Below, in pieces: positions 11,397 to 25,416 of a DNA stretch of 64,000 nt (the stretch's first letter is position 1; every line of letters begins with the position of its first letter). The notes under the pieces are model-generated. The model saw only the letters and a program-made list of their open reading frames with translations. It was not told the origin of the DNA and searched no databases. The stretch covers positions 70,062,001-70,126,000 of the forward strand of contig CM059438.1 of NCBI GenBank assembly GCA_030390025.1. Reading direction: 5' to 3'. This DNA comes from Squalus acanthias. Its lineage: Eukaryota. The position numbers were made by a program, and so were the translations under genes.

Positions 11397-14300
11397 TTCA
11401 GATGTCACATTTCAATGTTTCCTCTATCTGTCTGCAATACCACGAGTGATCTGCTGGTATATATGTGTATGAATTTGAGCAAAAAATGTCCTTTGTTAAG
11501 CTGTCTGTCCTCAGCTGCAACCTGTTTCCGCTCTTGAGCGTCCATTATTGCTCAATATGTATGGTCTGTCCATTGGCTTCAATGTTCGCAGATTGGTCAC
11601 ATATGTGCTACATTTGCCTGTTGCAGCTGTGATATCAGATATTGACCCAGGAATTAAAGAGCAGGATTGTGTGGAATACACACTTTCAGTTTGATTTTCA
11701 TGTTAACAGTCACATTAAGCACAATAGTTTACCTTGTGCACATCTTGGTCTTGGCCTGGTCTCTTATCTATTAGGGCACCAGTGATGGCTAAAGATCCCT
11801 CCATTATTTTATGCAAGGGCAAGTCATTGGCAATCTGCTCTGTCTGGAAGACTTGAAACATCAAAATAATCGTTATGCATGGGCTGCACATCCCTTTGAA
11901 TATAAAGAATACAAGCTCTAGCTGTTCCTGTACTATGGTACCCAGTTGCATCTGACACACGGAAACACTGCAAAACAAACTCTTGAGGAATCTGCACAGG
12001 TAGTGTTTCTGTTCGCCCCATATGGAACACACTCTCTTCTTGTACCTACTATCTACAGGAAGCGCTGCAGCAATTCGCCCAGCTTCCTTCGACATCACCT
12101 CTCGGCTATGTGACCTCTACCACTGAAGACCACAGTAGCAATATCATGGGAAGTCCATCACTCCAGGTTCCCCTCCAAGTTAGAATGGTTTCATTATGAC
12201 TCACAAAGAGAAACTGCTCTAATCGCTATAGATTCTGCAGAAATGTTATTACGACTAAGCAACATGGACAAGCTCTGTCTCTTTGGTACAAAGCTGATTC
12301 TCTCTCTCAAATAATAGAGAGGGATCCTGGGGTCAGAGGAAAGAGGTTATGTAAAAGAGAGAGTCTGTCTTTCCTCATTCTAAAAGTTTAATGTTGAAAA
12401 AAATACTAGTTGAATTTTGAAGCCAACTAATTATCTCTCGTGTTTTATTGACAGTTAGGAAAGGTAAATGCTAACTGACAGAGTTTCTAATTGCTAACAC
12501 CTGTGAAACAGAGAGGAAAAGACACACAGGCAGACAGACAGTGTCTTTCCTCATTCTAATTTGATTTCTTAAAGAAATCAATAAAATTAACTTTGAAAGA
12601 AAGCAATATCCCTTTGAGAGAAAAAGATAAGGGGCTACAGGAGGAAGGAAAGAGGTTCAGAGTAAAGGTGCCTCTATCTTCTTTGCACCTGCTCTTGGTG
12701 GGATCATGTGGGCGTGCAAGTGAATAGATGGTTAAGGCTGAGGTGAGCAATGGGAGAACAAAATAGGGGGAGGTTACAGGGGTTGAGTGGGTAGTTCAAA
12801 GGGGAAAAGGTAGGGGTAGTGATGGGAGTGAGGGGTTTGTTAAGAATATGAGGTGTAGGGGATGTAATGGGTGTGAGGGTTGTGGACAAGCATGAGTGAT
12901 TCAGGGAGGGGATAGAAAGGGAGCCACCGTGGGCCACATATTCCCTGCAAGTGCTCTCCCAAATGCAGTCTGCAGTCGTTGGTGGCTCCTTTCCCTCATG
13001 TCACGCCATGCCACCCACCACCTCCCACTCAAAAGGAAAGAAGAGAAAGACAAAGAAAGTAGCAGAAAAGAACAGGGGTTGAGAAGCAAAAAAAATGAGA
13101 TAGGGTGGGAGAAGCAGATGATAAGAGAGAAGCAAAAGAGGAGAGAGAGATACAGCAACATGAAGATAGTAGAGACTGGTGAAAGAGAAACTATATTCTC
13201 CAAATTACCATGGTCGATTGACGAGTAGACAAACAATTTATTAAACAGCAGTGTACTTGATGCATTGATGCTCCTAAGCACAAAGTTGCTTGGGAACAAG
13301 TCTCTGATGTCATGTGAGGAATTGCCAAAATGCTGAACTTGCGGAACTGGGCGGCAGGAGAAGGGAATTAAGGGAGAATAGACAGATTGGAATCGAGCTG
13401 GGAGCAAAGGTAAATTACAGTGGCAAAATTCCAGAGAGTGAACCAATCCGGAATAGGACAGATTGAAGAGGAGAAATTACGTTAAATAAACAAACCTGTC
13501 AGTTTAAAAATAGCATAACTGATATTGGAATCAACAGAGTACAAGAGCATGCTACATGGCTAAAATCTAATTGTGGGGCTCAGTGACATCGTCAGCTGTG
13601 AGAGTGAAGCTCAAGTGATTGTTTTATCACTGAGCCCCTGAGATTGCTGAGATTACAGTCATAATCTCCCTGTCTGGTATGCTTTTTGATTCTATAGATT
13701 TTTTCTTTAAAAGAAGACTGTATGATCAAGCCCTCTAACATACTGGCATGTTGTGACCCTAGCTAAAAAATGACAGACAACAGCAAAAGATAATATTGAG
13801 GAAAAAGATCCTATTTTTTTGATTAAAAAATGTTGAGGGAAAATTGATGAAAACTTTGCAATTTCCGCTCTCTGAATTGCTTCCAGCTCGGCGCAGACTT
13901 ACTACCAGAGTAGGTTTCTTGTCTGCATAAATTAAGAAGCAGTTTTACGCTCACGATCAAAGGATTTGCAGCCAGATGGGCATGTCTGATCACTTTCTGT
14001 TCTGCCAGCCATGAAAACGACTTCCAGTGTCCCGAATGTTTGTGCGTGCACGCAATCAAGAGCATCAGAGGTGCGGATTCACAAGCGTGAACGTGACTCC
14101 TCCACCACCAGTTCCTTTTTAATATTATTGTGAGGTGCCTCGTTTTAACCCAACAATGGGCCAGTGATCTGAAATTGTAACACACTGTGCAAAAATAACA
14201 TTGTGCTGGATTCAAATACTCAATTCTATGACCAGATTTTCACACACATGATATCAGGTTAAGCTGTTCCAGGGTATGAAGGATTATATGCACTGTGTGT

Positions 14301-17250
14301 GTGAAACACGGCTCTCAATTCTAATTCTGCATGAGATAAATCTCTTCATTTGGTCGTGAAACTCATGTATAATTTATAACTCGTGGTGCCTCTGGCTGTC
14401 TCCGTCACCACAATAATAAGCACTGCTTTGACTGAAACATTGTTTTGATTCAATTATGTCGTGTGTCTGGCCTGCTGTGAATCAACGGCAAGTTGAAAGC
14501 GGAGTCACTTGCTTCCTTCACACGGTCACCGTCCAATGGTAGACAGACAGACAGTCTTGTTTCCAAGCAATTTGCCAGCAATTAGCTGAATGATGTCTTT
14601 GCAATAATCTCAAGCATTAAACTGAATTAGCTTCCTCGTTGGTCCGGAGCTTGTCTATACTGCAACCCACAAAGAATGTTTGTGACTTGAAGTTCCATAT
14701 TTGCAAGCTGGATGCATTGTTTTTTTTTGCCTAATCCCTGCAAAGTTAGATTTCTGAATGTGAAATGTGCTTGGGGATATTAGGGCTTTGACCTTTATTC
14801 TGTGGCAGACACTTTTATTCCCCAGACTTGCGGTCAGTTATGCTTATTGTGTCTTCTTTTCTCTTCTTCGCTACTTTTCACTGACACAAAGCAATAATTA
14901 GTTGGCATTGTAGTTACTGAGTAATACAATGAGATTAAGGTCCAAGCAGTCTGAAGCTCATGGGAGAACATACCTGATTTTTGAGTGTGACCATTTATAG
15001 TAAAATCGAGTTATCCGTGATACTGAGAACAATCAATGCAACAGAAGCCCCCTCTCTGCTTTCAGATTCCTTGAGATTACCTTCAGTTTGGGTCAGGATG
15101 ATCCAAACTGAATGTGGTGTCCTAGGGCTGTCCAAAAGCCATTAGAGCAAGGAAAGGTATTCATTTCTGTTGTTTTACAATTCAGAGCTTCTGCTAGTTT
15201 TGTTTATGAAAAGATTATATGGCAACAAGCATATAATAAATGGAAATTAAGAAAGCTGGGGGAGGCATAGAGAAGATAAAATAAAAAATAAAATGTGAGA
15301 GTTCATTGAGGGGGTGAGATGGAATGCTGCCTGATTTGTGATGTTGATGCGGAGAATGTGCAGAGAAACTCCAAGAGATTTGCACCGTCAGTGCTAATGC
15401 CGCGAATGTCTATTCCTACAACCAGACAAATCTGAAGCAGAATGAGAGAAATTTGGTTGAATAAATAACTGACATTTACACTTGCCCAGCCAGCCCTCTG
15501 TTTATATAGCAAGCTGGAAGAAATTCAGTTGGTTGCAGGACCACAAATGGATATAGGACCAACAGAAGGTCCGAATTACTCTTCGACTATCAGAGTTGAA
15601 CCAGACTTGTGGGCCACTATGATCCAGCCTCTGATGGGACAACATGCATGTAGCTCTTCCAATGAAGTCTGGATGCACAACAACGTAAAACCACCTCCAT
15701 AATAATGCAACCTAGAAGATCGAGCCAGTTTGCAAACATTTAGTGTCGGCCTGCGGAGCCTTAGCTGGCTGATTAAGACTGGAGGCAAGAAGGAAGCTGC
15801 TCCATTTTCCAGCCCAATCTGTTTCTCATTACTATGCCACTACTTGCTAAGACAAGCACCGAAAACCAGGTCCTGCAATGCAAAAAATTGATTGTCTTAG
15901 ACTGGTTCTCAGGTTATAGAGATAAATGTATATTCAAGGGTTGCAGTGGTCTCTGTTCTCAGCTGAAGTTTGTCTACAGAAACATCACACCATGATGAAT
16001 AGTGGGGATGGATGAATATTCTCAGGTTTTGCTTGACAATTTTGGAGAATTACAGAATAATTGTGCACGACTTTGCTTGCAAGAAAGGTATTAAGACCCA
16101 GGCTTCAAAGAAAACACAGGGTTAAGGGAGCCAAGATCATCAAGATTCCCTGTCCTTCCAGTACAGTCATGTATAATGCAGGTACTGTCCCTTCACGATC
16201 AGGACGTCCCAAAGCACTTTACAGCCAATTAAGTACTTTTGAAGCATAGTCACTGTTGTAATGTAGGAAACGCAGCAGCCAATTTGAATATGAACGTGCT
16301 CAAATTTTATTAAACCATTAAAGCAAATCAAAACAAACTTTCCTTCAGGAGATTAAATATGTAGGGTAGAGCCGATGATAGGGTAGATTTCATGTTTGTG
16401 GAAGGAACAAATTGATGGGCCGAATGACCTTTATGTGATTCCTTGTTCTCCTTTGATATAAACAATTTTTTTTTTGTAGCTTGTTCTCAAAAAACGTTAC
16501 AAGTATTTATTAACAAAATGCCGTGCTTTGCAGTTTAATTGATTTGTCAGTAAATCAAAATAACCTTGTATCTGAAGTCTAGTGTAGAATAACCTGCCTC
16601 AGGGGGATCAGTGGTTGGTCAGCAAAACAGACTGATCCATAGAAGAAAAAAATGTTTAATACTCGGGTTTCTTTAAAGGTCAAGGCTGCCCTTTTCTGTA
16701 TGAGTTAGCATTGGGAAGGATGATTAAATCTGGATTGTAATTTGCTTCTTGCTGAGCCTTGAGATGAATCAATTAATGGTGGTAACTTCAGTCAGTTTGA
16801 GTAGCAAAGAATTAAAAAGCATTGATAGCTTAAGCACAAAGTTTTCTTTAGTGGCAGTTGGAAAAGGCATTTTTAACAATGAAGTTTAGATTGCTGCCAA
16901 ATATTAACTGGTCTCATTTTATTTCCTCTGTTCTATATTCATTTGCCGTAAAAAAAAAAAAAAATTCTTTTAGGCAGAATAGTGATGGAACACAGAAGCA
17001 TTTGCATTGAGCCTTAATGTGTGATAATATAACTAGCCCAAATTACAGTGTTTGTGTGTAAACCTGTCACCTTTGCCGGGGAGCTTTATTTCTCTAGCAG
17101 TGGAAAGCTCGCAGAGGTTACACAGTTGCACGTAATGTCAGAGAAAATTTCGAAAGACAGTGGAAAGGGCACGGGGAGACCATTTCTGAGAATGGTTGAT
17201 GTGGTTTTCAATGCCAGTGATTTCTGCTTGCAAATGTCAAAGCTGATGGT

Positions 17251-19008
17251 CTAAATATGATGGGAATGTAGCTCGACTGTACCCAAAATATTTCCTCTTT
17301 AAAGGCAGCCCATTGTTCCACTGCAGTTTTGCCTTCCGATCTTTGATTCCAGTTTACCCGGGCCAGATCCGTTCTCAGCCCACTGAAATTTGCCTTCCTC
17401 CAATTAAGTATTTTTACTCTAGATTGCTCCCTGTCCTTTTCCATAGCTAATCTAAACCTTATGATATTACGATCATTGTTCCCTAAATGCTCACCTACTG
17501 ACACTTGCTCCATTTGACCCACCTCATTACCCAGAACCAGATCCAGCAATGCCTCCTTTCTCGTTCGGCCAGAAATGTTCTGATCAAGAAATTTCTCCTG
17601 AACACACTTCAGAAATTCTTCCCCCCTCCCGGCCCTTTACACTATTACTATCCCAGTCTATATTAAGATAGTTGAAGTCCCCCATTATCACTACTCTATA
17701 GTTCTTGCATCTCTCTGTAATTTCTCTGCAAATTTGCTCCTCCATATTTTTCCCACTAGTTGGTGGCCTATAGAATACACCTAGTAGTGTAATGTCACCT
17801 CTATTATTTCTTAACTCTAGCCATATAGATTCTGTCCTTGACCCCTCCACGACATCCTCTTTCTCCAGCACTGTAACATTCTCCATAACCAATACTGCCA
17901 CACCACCTCCTATCTTTGCTTCCCCATCTTTCCTGAACAGCCTATATCTAGGAATATTTAATACCCAATCCTGCCCTTTTTTGAGCCAGGTCTCCGTCAT
18001 TGCCACATCATATTCCCATGTGGCTATTTGCGCCTGCAGCTCACCAACCTCATTTACTATGTTTCGTGCATTCACATACATACACTGTAAACCTATCTTA
18101 GACCATCCTGTGTTCTCTCTTAGTCTGACCCCACCTAATACCTTACTATTTCTTACTTTAGTGCTATCCATCTCTCCCAATCCTTTGTGCCCTGTGTTTC
18201 TCCTTTATAATGTTACATCCTGGTGCCCATCCCCCTGCCAACTTAGTTTAAATCCTCCCCAACAGCACTAGCAAACCTCCCTGTGAGGATATTGGTACCA
18301 GCTCTGTTGAGGTGCAACCCGTCCCGCCTGTACAGGTCCCACCTCCCACAGAACTGGCCCCCATGCCCCAGGAATCTGAAGTCCTCCCTCCTGCACCATC
18401 TCTCCAGCCATGCATTCATCTGCTCTATCCTATATCTATACTCACTCGCGCATGGCACTGGGAGTAATCCAGAGATCGCGACCTTTGAGGTCCTGCTTTT
18501 TAATCTCTTTCCTAGCTCCCTAAAATCTTCCTGCAAGACCTCATCCCTCTTTCTACCTGTATTGTTGGTACCAATATGGACCACGACCTCTGGCTGTTCA
18601 CCCTCTCCCCTCAGAATGTTCTGCAGCCGCTCAGTGACATTCTTAACCCTGGCACCAGGGAGGCAACATACCATCCTGGAGTCACGTCTGCAGCCGCAGA
18701 AATGCCTGTCTGCTCCCCTAACTATCGAATCCCCTATCACTATTGCTTTCCCTATCTTCTTCCTCCCCCGCCATACAGCTGAGCCACCTGTGGTGCCATG
18801 GACTTGGCTGTGGCTGTACTCCCCAGAGGAACCATTGTCCTCACCAGTACTCAGAACAGAATGCTGGTTGGAGAGCGAGATGCACTCAGGGGACTCCTGC
18901 ACTACCTGCCTGTTGCTCCCCTTCTGTCTGCCGGTCACCCATTCCCTCTTTTCCTGCGCACTCCTTAGCTGCGGGGTGACCACCTCCTGAAACGTGCTAT
19001 CCACGTTC
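17251..19008 (-). mobile_element. CR1 LINE internal fragment: ORF1 SGNH/esterase domain and ORF2 APE endonuclease
   Basis: ORF 18243..19010 has VIGDSIVR, CLPGARV, VVHIGTNN and DGLHLN. ORF 17584..18180 has YVNARNI, TETWL, GVFYRPP and IMGDFN. ORF 17208..17549 has LDLVLGN. Confidence 0.92.
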
Positions 19009-19109
19009 AAGAAGAGACAAATCTAATTCAGACAACTATATACACTACAGCCATCAGTCTAATGAAAGTACCTAAATAATAGAATTGATCATCAGGAATA
19101 AACATGAGG

Positions 19110-19510
19110 GTCCTTGTATGAGAACAATCTAATAAACCTAGCTGTAGAAGAGGAAAGATTCAGTCTGGTGAATCTCTTTGACTTTTTTGAGGAATTGACA
19201 TCACAAGTGGACATTGAAAAATCCTATGATGTGGTATGCCGAGATTTCCAAAAAGCATTTGACAAAGTTCCTTTTGAAAGGGTACAACTGAAGCTGGACT
19301 TCAAGGTAAAACTGGGTTATGGATAAGGAATTGGGTGACGGTAAGAATACAGCAGCCAAAATGGTTTAACATAATAAGAAGTAAGAGAGAAGTAAAATTA
19401 TCATATTTGGTGAGTGAGTGAATTGAGGTGGTGCTTTTGCTCCTGTGGGACTGAACAAGCTGAAGCCATAAGCTTCTCACAAATGGGGACAACCTTAAGA
19501 TATATCAGCA
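19110..19510 (+). mobile_element. Old CR1 RT fragment
   Basis: NLFDFFEELT..DVVCRDFQKAFDKVP in ORF 19114..19326; heavily decayed. Confidence 0.65.
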
Positions 19511-20952
19511 AAGCATTACAGAGCATTTTTAACGATAACAGACATTGAAGGACAACTTCTCCTTTGTAATTGTGACAAAAATTAAACACTTTAGTATCAT
19601 AGTATTGATTTACTTTTGTCATGGTACGTCTGGAGTTAAAAAGCAAGTTTACTCACAGAAAATGACACAACTTGCATTGATATACAACAGTCCCAAAATC
19701 AATGTTATATCACATGCGGGGGGCGGGGGGGTGGGGGGGGGGGTTGGCGGTGGGAGCAGCGGTGGTGGGATAGAAGCATCTTCTGGGGCATGTGTATGTA
19801 TTTTTGATTGGCAGCTCTTTTTGAGTAGAAGGGACACTTTCTTACACTTCTTTTAAGCCATCAGACAGAAGTATATAAGCCTTAGAGACTCCATAGGCAA
19901 TCAGCAAGGAACTGCCATGTACAAGTGGGACCTTGTTTCTGGTCTGGTTTAGGGTGCAGCTTAATGTGGCAGATGTGAGTGTTTGCTCCTTTTTTATCTT
20001 CCGGGAAGGGATAGTTAAGCCATTAACTATTAAAAGTCTACAGTATATAATTGCTCTATTTACTTATCCATTTAATGTTTAATAAGACTGTTTGACAGTT
20101 TATAGCCTAAACCATGAGTGAATGAAGTGTTTATTCTGCAGCCTGTTGAAGTTGAAGAAGATCACATGAGGGAGCATGATATAACCTAATAGCGGAATAC
20201 AGTGATGAGAGTTCCCTATGAGTTACCTAGATATTGGGCAGGTAAAAGCATACTCCAGGCCTTAAGGAGTGATGGCTTGCATCCGGGAGTTGTCTGAGAC
20301 TCTGAACCTAAGTATATGTCTACAGTAAAAGCCTAAAAATGTAACAGTAATGTAAAGATTTGCAGCTGTAGCATTTATTCGTAAAATTGTTTGAAACTTA
20401 CGGAGGTTTTGAAAACCTTAGAACAACTTTGGCAGATGTAGCAAAAATTTCTCTGCATGATTTGATGCTGGAGGGTGACATATTGATGGCATTTGAAGCT
20501 CCTCCATTGAAAATGATAAATCAATGTAGTGTATCAATGTTGCAGTGGTTAACCACCAAAACTTTGCCCGCCAACCCTTTCATTTTTGCATGGACAGAGA
20601 TTAAAGTGTTGATTCAGTAAAGTTTGAGTTTCAGCCGATAAATGCCCTTGAAATTATTTGATCTTAAGAAAAAACATCCTTGCTATGCGTGTATTCTGTT
20701 TCAAGGAGCCTGTGCTTTATTTCCAGTCATCAGTTCGATACAGCAGAGGTTTTTAAATCACATGTCTGCAGTAATTGTTTATGTCACAGCATGCAAAGGA
20801 GGTTGGGGTCCAATTATTTGTCATCCAGATATATCTTTCAGTGCTTGATTCAGTCAAGTAAAGAAGTTTCAAGTCACCAGATTTAATGATAAATATTTCA
20901 ATTTTTACTAAAAAATAATTGGTTCTACTTTAGAGATGATTTTTTTTTTCAG

Positions 20953-21272
20953 TTGTCAGCCTTGGCTTAACGGTAGCAATCTCGTCTCTGAGTCAGAAGG
21001 TCAAGAATTCAAACCCCACTCCAGGACGTAATCGAGGCTGACACTTCAGTGCAGTACTGAGGCTGAGGGAGTGCCACACTGTCAGAAGTGCCATCACTCA
21101 GATGAGACATTAATTAGAGACCCCGTCTGTCCTTTCAGGTTGACATAAAAAAATCCATGGCACTATTTGAAGAGTAGGGAATTTCTCCCGGTGTTCCGGC
21201 CAACATTTATCCCTCAACCAATGTCACTAAAACAGCATATCTGGTCATTAATCTTGCTGCTGTTTGTGGGAC
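20953..21272 (+). mobile_element. DeuSINE copy, 3'-truncated
   Basis: Colinear with the head and core of the SINE at 10634. Confidence 0.8.
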
Positions 21273-22211
21273 CCAGTTGGGATTATTTTTAGATTGCTGT
21301 CGTGAAGAGTCAACTCAATGCAGCCAATGAGACAGTAGCTTGGTTGTAGGTGTAAACTTCTATGGTTCCAAAAATGAGTGGCCACATTCTTTCTAAGTAA
21401 GGACTTGTACCTGGGATGTAATTAAAAGCTGAGTGGCTGTCTCTGGGTTCACACATGACATAAATTGCTTATTTGTTGTGTGACAAGACAAGTTGACAGT
21501 CTTATAACGCCCTTCCAATATCTTATTCAGTTTTGCATCCATAGGGGCCAGTTTATTCCTCTGTATGCCCGGAAACTGAGACTTTTGCAATTTCCTCAGG
21601 CAAACTGAGAATTGTTCTCTCACAATTATATGCCTCTGACAACAATCATTGATTGTGATCACTGCGTGTCTGACATAATTGCTCAGCTGTTCTTACAAAT
21701 AATGTTTCCACCTGTGCAATCAACTCACTCAGATGAAAGTGTCTCTCAAGAGTGCAGTGTGGTATACATGCAATGACATTGTTGAGAAATATTGTCCACA
21801 GTAGTAAAAAAAAATAATTGCCCCATGCTGTAAATAGTGTGTACTTCATTAACCAAAGAAGTAGCATTTCCTCAATGGGAATTGTTACTTGTAGTGCCTA
21901 GTTTCATCCTCCGGGAAGATGCATATATTCTATCTAATTCAGTTCATACATCCTGTAATGTTACAGTTTTAAAATTGCTACAACCTGTTAAAGGATGAAT
22001 AAGGTACACGAGAACACACTTTCTCTTTCACTTCAATCCATGAGATGTGGACACACACAAGACTAATGAATGCCATGGATCAGATGATAAGTTGCTGGCC
22101 TTTCTTATTTCCCTTCCTGTATCTGTATATGGTTTATTTCCCCTGTAAAATGCAGGGAAATCCTTAGATATGGGTATATTGCAAGAATGATGCGTATATA
22201 TTACACACTTC

Positions 22212-22430
22212 TGCCTAATATTTATCCCTCAACCAATATCAGTAAAATAGATTATCTGGTCATTATCTTGTTTGCTGTTTGTGGAGTCTTGCTGTGCACA
22301 AATTGGCTGCTGTGTTTCCTACAGCACAACAGTGACAACACTTCAAAAGTGTTTCTTTGGCTGTAAAGCGCTTTGGTACGTCTTGAGATTGTGAAAGGTT
22401 CTATATAAATGCAAGTCTATCTTTCTTTTC
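22212..22430 (+). mobile_element. DeuSINE 3' half
   Basis: aatatttatccctcaacc...aattggctgc...tgtaaagcgcttt...ctatataaatgcaagtc, as in the copy at 10634. Confidence 0.8.
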
Positions 22431-22605
22431 AAAATGATGGGAGATGAGTTAGGTGTGTACTGGGCCTTTATTTTTATATTGTGAGATCTGGGTGAAGGAC
22501 CTGGGCCGGAAATGCAGGATAGCGCCAAGGTTGAAAGAGTAGGAGAGACAGTCAGGTAAATTTAGAACTGGTAGTTAGGTGGGGCTAAGCTTCTGTAAAC
22601 ACTTT

Positions 22606-23356
22606 GGGCCCATATTTTCCGATCGCAGGCCTCCCGTGGGCGGAGGCCTGCGATCTGGAAAAATCTGCACCCTAACCTGAGGGCTCCTGGGACGCGCACA
22701 GTTCCGATGCTGGGCCTTACCAAACTCCAAGTGCGCAGAGCCCACATATCCCAGAGGTGCATGTCGTTCGCAGCATCCCTGGGATCACGTGGGCCATGGG
22801 AAGCCAATCACAGAAGGGAATCTCCCTTCATACATTTGACAGGAAGGCATGAATTGAGATCACCCCAAACACATAGTAAAACTTTTAATAATTTTTTTTT
22901 TAAATCACATTTTTAAAATGACTTGAAATTACAATAAATTAAGTATTTTAAACAAAAATTTAATTTTTTGAAAAAAATAATTAAAGTATTTTACGGGACT
23001 AAAATTAAACTTACCTTTTTTTAAAGTATTTTTAAATGATAAATCAGTGAAATTTTTAATTTTTTAAAACTTTTTTTCTACTCTTATCCTGGTAAAAGCA
23101 GGCCTTACGCCTTCTTTTACCAGGCGTAAGAATTGTAAGGGTTTTCTGTGGGCGGAGGGTCTCCAAAAAGCGGAACTTTCCGCCCGTAGAGGCCCTTCTC
23201 CAGGGCAGGCGGAGGATCTGTCAAGAGGATTCTTGACAGATCGGAAATGCCGGTTTTCAGCTCATGCGCTGTGCATGCCTGAAACCAGCATTTCCAATGT
23301 CCCTACGGGTGGGTGCACAGCGCGTACCCACCCGTAGGGATCGGAATATCCGGCCC
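22606..23356. mobile_element. PIF/Harbinger-like MITE with multiple internal hairpins
   Basis: Imperfect TIRs: GGGCCCATATTTTCCGATC versus reverse-complemented GGGCCGGATATTCCGATC. TTT on both flanks (3-bp TSD). AT-rich centre with GC-rich palindromic arms. Confidence 0.7.
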
Positions 23357-24381
23357 TTTGTTCCTGTTTCTTACGGCTTTAAGCCAGTGTTGGACTGAGT
23401 ACACTTTAGCAGATCACACCCAACACACATTATTGGAAATGTATTCAAAAGCTAGAAAGTTTGGTTCTGGGTATTGTGTATCCAAGACTCGCTACCCTCT
23501 AATTGGATTGAACAAAATATCTGGGGACTGAGAACTGGCTGAGTGGTTTTCAGCAATGCACCAGTTGCTTACAATCATTGTAATTATTTTGCAAACTCAT
23601 TGTTTAACAGATCTGTGTGAATCTGTTATCTCTCCAAGACAAAGTTTACGCTGGCTTCCTGTTCGAGCACCTGTTTGTGGTCTGCAAAGCAGCAGGGACA
23701 TAGCAAAGAGAGACAGAAACACTCACTGCTGACTCATATTCATAGCACACTTTATATGACTATAGTGTTCATTTAGCTAAAATGCAAGTGGCAGTGATAA
23801 ATGGGTAACTTGCAGATCTGCAGCAGTGATCAAATTCATCACTGCAAAGAAATGATATCAGCACGAATGGCATTGAAGGCTTATGTTCTCTTTTCTTCAG
23901 CTCAGTGAGATCTTGGATATTTCATTGGCCATATGGCCTTGTCGAAAGTGTAGATATCAACAATATTCTATTCTGGCTTTTTGAAGCTTTTCTGATGTGT
24001 TGTTATATTTCCTTTAGATGTGTCCCACGTGTGCTTTGTTCTTTTTTGTTGTGAATTACAATATTCATACCAAACGACAGGTCATAAATCAGTGCTTCCA
24101 AGTTTCTAGGATGAGGACCAGAACTTTTAATCTTCAATATTAGATCAGGTTTAAGGTGTGAATATTTCATGAATCTGAAGTCAGCGTGAATCTATCATTA
24201 CTGGTCCTGTTTGAAACTGAGAGGCAGGAATTTGATTTTCTTGAGTCAGATAAGAAAACAGTGGCTCTCTGATATATCTTGACTGGGAAGTTACTGTGTC
24301 TGATTTCTTACAAAGCCTAACCTTCCTGAAACTGAGAAGTCGCACAACACCAGGTTATAGTCCAACGGATTTATTTAAAAT

Positions 24382-24419
24382 TACAAGCTTTCGGAGCTAT
24401 CCTGCCCCTTCTTCAGGTA
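24382..24419 (-). ncRNA. Minimal hammerhead ribozyme motif (PLE family B), antisense copy
   Basis: Exact reverse complement of the motif at 25660-25697. Confidence 0.75.
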
Positions 24420-24485
24420 GAGTTACTGTGAGAGGATCTACCAGAATTCACAGAATATAAACACAGAGAAAATGCAGAGATTCAA

Positions 24486-25416
24486 GAGGCGTCTCAGCAC
24501 TTCACTCTACCGCAAGCCCACGGACAACCTCACGATGCTCCACTTCTCCAGCTTCCACCCTAACCACGTTAAAGAAGCCATCCCCTATGGACAAGCCCTG
24601 CGAATACACAGGATCTGCTCAGACGAGGAGGAACGCGATGGACACCTACGGACACTGAAAGACGCCCTCGTAAGAACGGGATATGACGCTCGACTCGTCG
24701 ATCGACAGTTCCGACGGGCCACAGCGAAAAACCGCATAGACCTCCTCAGAAGACGAACACGGGACACAACCAACAGAGTACCCTATGTCGTCCAGTACTT
24801 CCCCGGAGCGGAGAAACTACGCCATGTTCTTCGCAGCCTTCAACATGTCATCGATGACGACGAACACCTTGCTAAGGCCATCCCCACGCCTCCACTACTC
24901 GCCTTCAAGCAGCCGCCTAACCTCAAAAGTACCATCGTTCGCAGCAAATTACCCAGCTGTCAGGAGAACAGCGACCACGACAACACACAACCCTGCCACG
25001 GCAACCTCTGCAAGACATGCCAGATCATGGACACAGATACCGTCATCACACGTGAGGACACTACCCACCAGGTACATGGTACATACTCATGTGACTTGGC
25101 CAACGTAGTCTACCTGATACGTTGCAATAAAGGATGCCCCAGAGCATGGTACATCGGCGAGACCATGCAGACACTGAGACAACGTATGAACGGACACCGC
25201 GCAACAATCGCCAGGCAGGATGGTTGCCTCCCAATCGGGGAACACTTCAGCAGTCAAGGGCATTCAGCCTCGGATCTGCGGGTTAGCGTTCTCCAAGGCG
25301 GCCTTCGGGATACACGACAACGCAAAATCATCGAGCAGAAACTGATAGCCAAGTTCCGCACTCATGAGGACGGCCTCAATCGGGATATCGGGTTCATGTC
25401 ACGCTACAGAACGTGA
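24486..25416 (+). CDS. PLE polyprotein C-terminal fragment: RT thumb and GIY-YIG endonuclease (open frame, 5'-truncated)
   Basis: Motifs LYRKPTD, SSFHP, C..NLCKTC, NVVYLIRC..C..WYIGET..LRQRMNGH, HF..GH and GLNRD. The ORF-track ATG at 24472 comes from the inverted repeat, not the native start. Confidence 0.85.

Noticed and set aside
12366..12559. 18-bp direct repeat TGTCTTTCCTCATTCTAA (12366-12383 and 12542-12559) as a TSD or CRISPR-like repeat
   Set aside because: Only two copies, no recognisable element between them, and a vertebrate intronic context.
12760..13200. G-rich and purine-rich tract with overlapping ORFs (12901..13446 and others)
   Set aside because: Low-complexity composition explains the ORFs; G-quadruplex potential alone is not specific evidence of function.
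18283..18990. 235-aa + strand ORF, and similar ORFs at 17792, 9045, 8936 and 59018
   Set aside because: These are antisense or alternate-frame shadows of LINE/PLE coding sequence, with no independent motifs or splice support.
19716..19770. G-run cluster as a functional G-quadruplex (also 42535-42570 and 52500-52530)
   Set aside because: Simple poly-G tracts are common in such genomes and nothing else supports a function.
24472..25416. 314-aa ORF as a host or domesticated gene
   Set aside because: It is a 5'-truncated PLE RT/GIY-YIG frame inside a TSD-flanked insertion, and the ATG is supplied fortuitously by the inverted repeat.
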